Below, piece by piece: positions 35,936-37,510 of a DNA stretch of 37,510 bases (position 1 is the stretch's first letter; the number at the start of each line of letters is the position of its first letter). Under the pieces are notes generated by a model. The model was not told the origin of the DNA, did no database searches, and saw only the letters and a list, made by a program, of their open reading frames with translations. The position numbers were made by a program, and so were the translations under genes. Location: positions 1-37,510 of the IMG/VR virus record IMGVR_UViG_3300030059_001343. One strand, written 5' to 3'. Origin of the DNA: a virus (Duplodnaviria > Caudoviricetes).

Positions 35936-36238
35936 ATGGCAAGAAAAGGTCAAACTGTTAGGTTTGAGTCGGATGGAATTATTTCAGACAAAACTGTTGC
36001 TTATACAGCAGAAGAAGAGTCAGCGGCTGACATTGTAGACAAAGAATGGGCAGATGGCGCAAGTGCCAGAACAATGATTAAGATTAGAGAAAAACGCGAT
36101 GTTCTTTTATCTGAGACAGACTGGTGGGGTGCATCTGACAACACGATGAGCGATGCACAGACCGCTTATCGTTCTGCGTTAAGAGACGTCCCCGCTCAAG
36201 CCGACATGAACAACATTACATGGCCTACAAAGCCGTAA
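35936..36238 (+). CDS. Tail fibre assembly chaperone
   Basis: IREKRDVLLSETDWW...AYRSALRDVPAQ....ITWPTKP. Confidence 0.88.
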   Translation: MARKGQTVRFESDGIISDKTVAYTAEEESAADIVDKEWADGASARTMIKIREKRDVLLSETDWWGASDNTMSDAQTAYRSALRDVPAQADMNNITWPTKP

Positions 36239-36242
36239 AATT

Positions 36243-36809
36243 ATGATTGATCCAATTTCAGTTGGTATAGCTATAAGTGCGACAAAAGCGCTTTTAGATA
36301 AAGCTGTCGAAATTAAGGATATTGCTGGCGGCTTAGATAAACTATTTCATGCTGTAAATGAGAAGCCAAAACTTAAAAAGAAGCCTGTCGCGAAAACGCG
36401 CACTCAACAATTGTTAAGATTAAAATCGGGGGAGACTGAAGAAGAGGCATATGCGGAGGACAGCGATTCAATTTCTGCTGTTGCAAATGACGTTTTGGAG
36501 AAACAGAAACAAACTGCTGCCATTGCAAGTCTGGCTCGGGAAATTAATAAAAAATTTCCACAAACTCAGGGCGATCCATCAACTTGGGATCAAATCTTAG
36601 CGGAGCAAGCAAAAAGAGTTGCCGCTAAAGCTGAATTAAAGAAAAAAGCAAAAGAGAAAGCTCGGATTAAACAAGAGGAAGACGATAAATATTGGAACGG
36701 TATTATTGTAGTGCTGAAAAATATTGGCCTCTTGGTGTTAATTTCTATTATTTGCATAATTCTGGGGTATTTGATGACCACATACGGGTGCAAAGAGGCT
36801 GTATGCTAA
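36243..36809 (+). CDS. Membrane-anchored hypothetical protein
   Basis: MIDPISVGIA start, coiled coil, C-terminal TM (IGLLVLISIICIILGYL). Confidence 0.7.
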   Translation: MIDPISVGIAISATKALLDKAVEIKDIAGGLDKLFHAVNEKPKLKKKPVAKTRTQQLLRLKSGETEEEAYAEDSDSISAVANDVLEKQKQTAAIASLAREINKKFPQTQGDPSTWDQILAEQAKRVAAKAELKKKAKEKARIKQEEDDKYWNGIIVVLKNIGLLVLISIICIILGYLMTTYGCKEAVC

Positions 36810-37510
36810 TGATATTTTTATCTTCACTTCCGCGAAGCGGCACAACTCTCTTAACGTCTTTGTTAAATCAACGCGATGATGTATATGCCACTCCAACTTC
36901 AAATTTAACTTATATATTAGAAGAAACTGTTTTAAAATGGAATAGCAGAAAAGAAACACAAGCTCAAAGCGGCACAAACGAAGACCTTCACCGTCTTTTA
37001 AACGGAATAGTCGATAGTCGATATACAACAGATAAATTAATATTTGATAATGGGCGAGATTGGGCAGACCCTAAATTTATTAATACAATGCAACAAGTGG
37101 TAGGCGATGTTAAAATTGTTGCAACCGTTAGACCTGTTGCTGAGTGTGTTGCTTCATTTGTAAAAATAGCTAAACCAACTAATATTAATAATTTTCTAAG
37201 CTCAAGTAAGTTAATAGAACATCTTATGATTTCTTATCAACTCCTTAAAACTGGGTATGAAAAATATCCTGATTGTTTTTTATTGATTGAGTATAAAAAT
37301 CTTGTTACTCAGACACAAAAAGAACTTGACCGAATATCAAAGTTTGTTGGATTAGAAAAGTTTAAACATGATTTAAACAACGTGCCAGAAAGTAAAGAAG
37401 TTGATAATGCTTGGAACATTAAAGATTTGCACAAAGTTCGCAAAAAAGTATCTAGAAACAACTATTCAGCTAAAAAAATATTAGGCAATAAACTTTATGA
37501 TTTCTATCAA
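36809..37510 (+). CDS. Sulfotransferase domain; N-terminal part of a ~500-aa fusion continuing through the junction to 900; not in ORF track
   Basis: Hand translation MIFLSSLPRSGTTLLTSLLNQ...KIVATVRPVAECVASF...LLIEYKNLVTQ has no stop before the repeat. 5'-PSB motif PRSGTT and 3'-PB motif R.....AS. Confidence 0.88.
   Translation, partial: MIFLSSLPRSGTTLLTSLLNQRDDVYATPTSNLTYILEETVLKWNSRKETQAQSGTNEDLHRLLNGIVDSRYTTDKLIFDNGRDWADPKFINTMQQVVGDVKIVATVRPVAECVASFVKIAKPTNINNFLSSSKLIEHLMISYQLLKTGYEKYPDCFLLIEYKNLVTQTQKELDRISKFVGLEKFKHDLNNVPESKEVDNAWNIKDLHKVRKKVSRNNYSAKKILGNKLYDFYQ
37412..37509. repeat. Terminal direct repeat, right copy
   Basis: Identical to 1-98. Confidence 0.95.

Noticed and set aside
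31277-36238. Diversity-generating retroelement as in BPP-1
   Set aside because: No reverse transcriptase ORF and no TR/VR pair seen. The 108-bp repeat is tandem, in-frame and differs mostly at synonymous sites, not specifically at adenines.

Overview
The window is a complete, circularly assembled tailed-phage genome of about 37,411 bp. Bases 1-98 are repeated at 37412-37509. It pairs a BPP-1/epsilon15/T7-like podovirus virion module (terminase, portal, scaffold, capsid, tail tubes A/B, ejection proteins, fibres) with a lambdoid-style early region (short serine recombinase, YqaJ exonuclease and RecT, LexA-type DNA-binding domain, RHH regulator, DUF1376 initiator with iterons, Q-like regulator and a late terminator). 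No DNA or RNA polymerase is present. An alphaproteobacterial host is inferred from the gene families only. Most interesting signals: (1) a bulged RNA hairpin motif (GGGU-C...G-RYA-ACCC) present three times, once at the start of the scaffold gene and twice in the capsid leader; (2) a PAPS-reductase/PP-loop enzyme with a SAM methyltransferase domain nested inside it, flanked by a 15-bp direct repeat; (3) a GNAT-like gene followed by three tandem Met-Cys-initiated small proteins sharing a C-terminal ST(I/M)L(S/T)G...T(L/Y)LG tag; (4) a sulfotransferase/2OG-Fe(II) oxygenase fusion hidden across the circular junction; (5) an ejection protein carrying GNAT and HhH-glycosylase-like cargo domains. Several small ORFs missing from the supplied track were read by hand. 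All family assignments come from motif recognition, not database searches.
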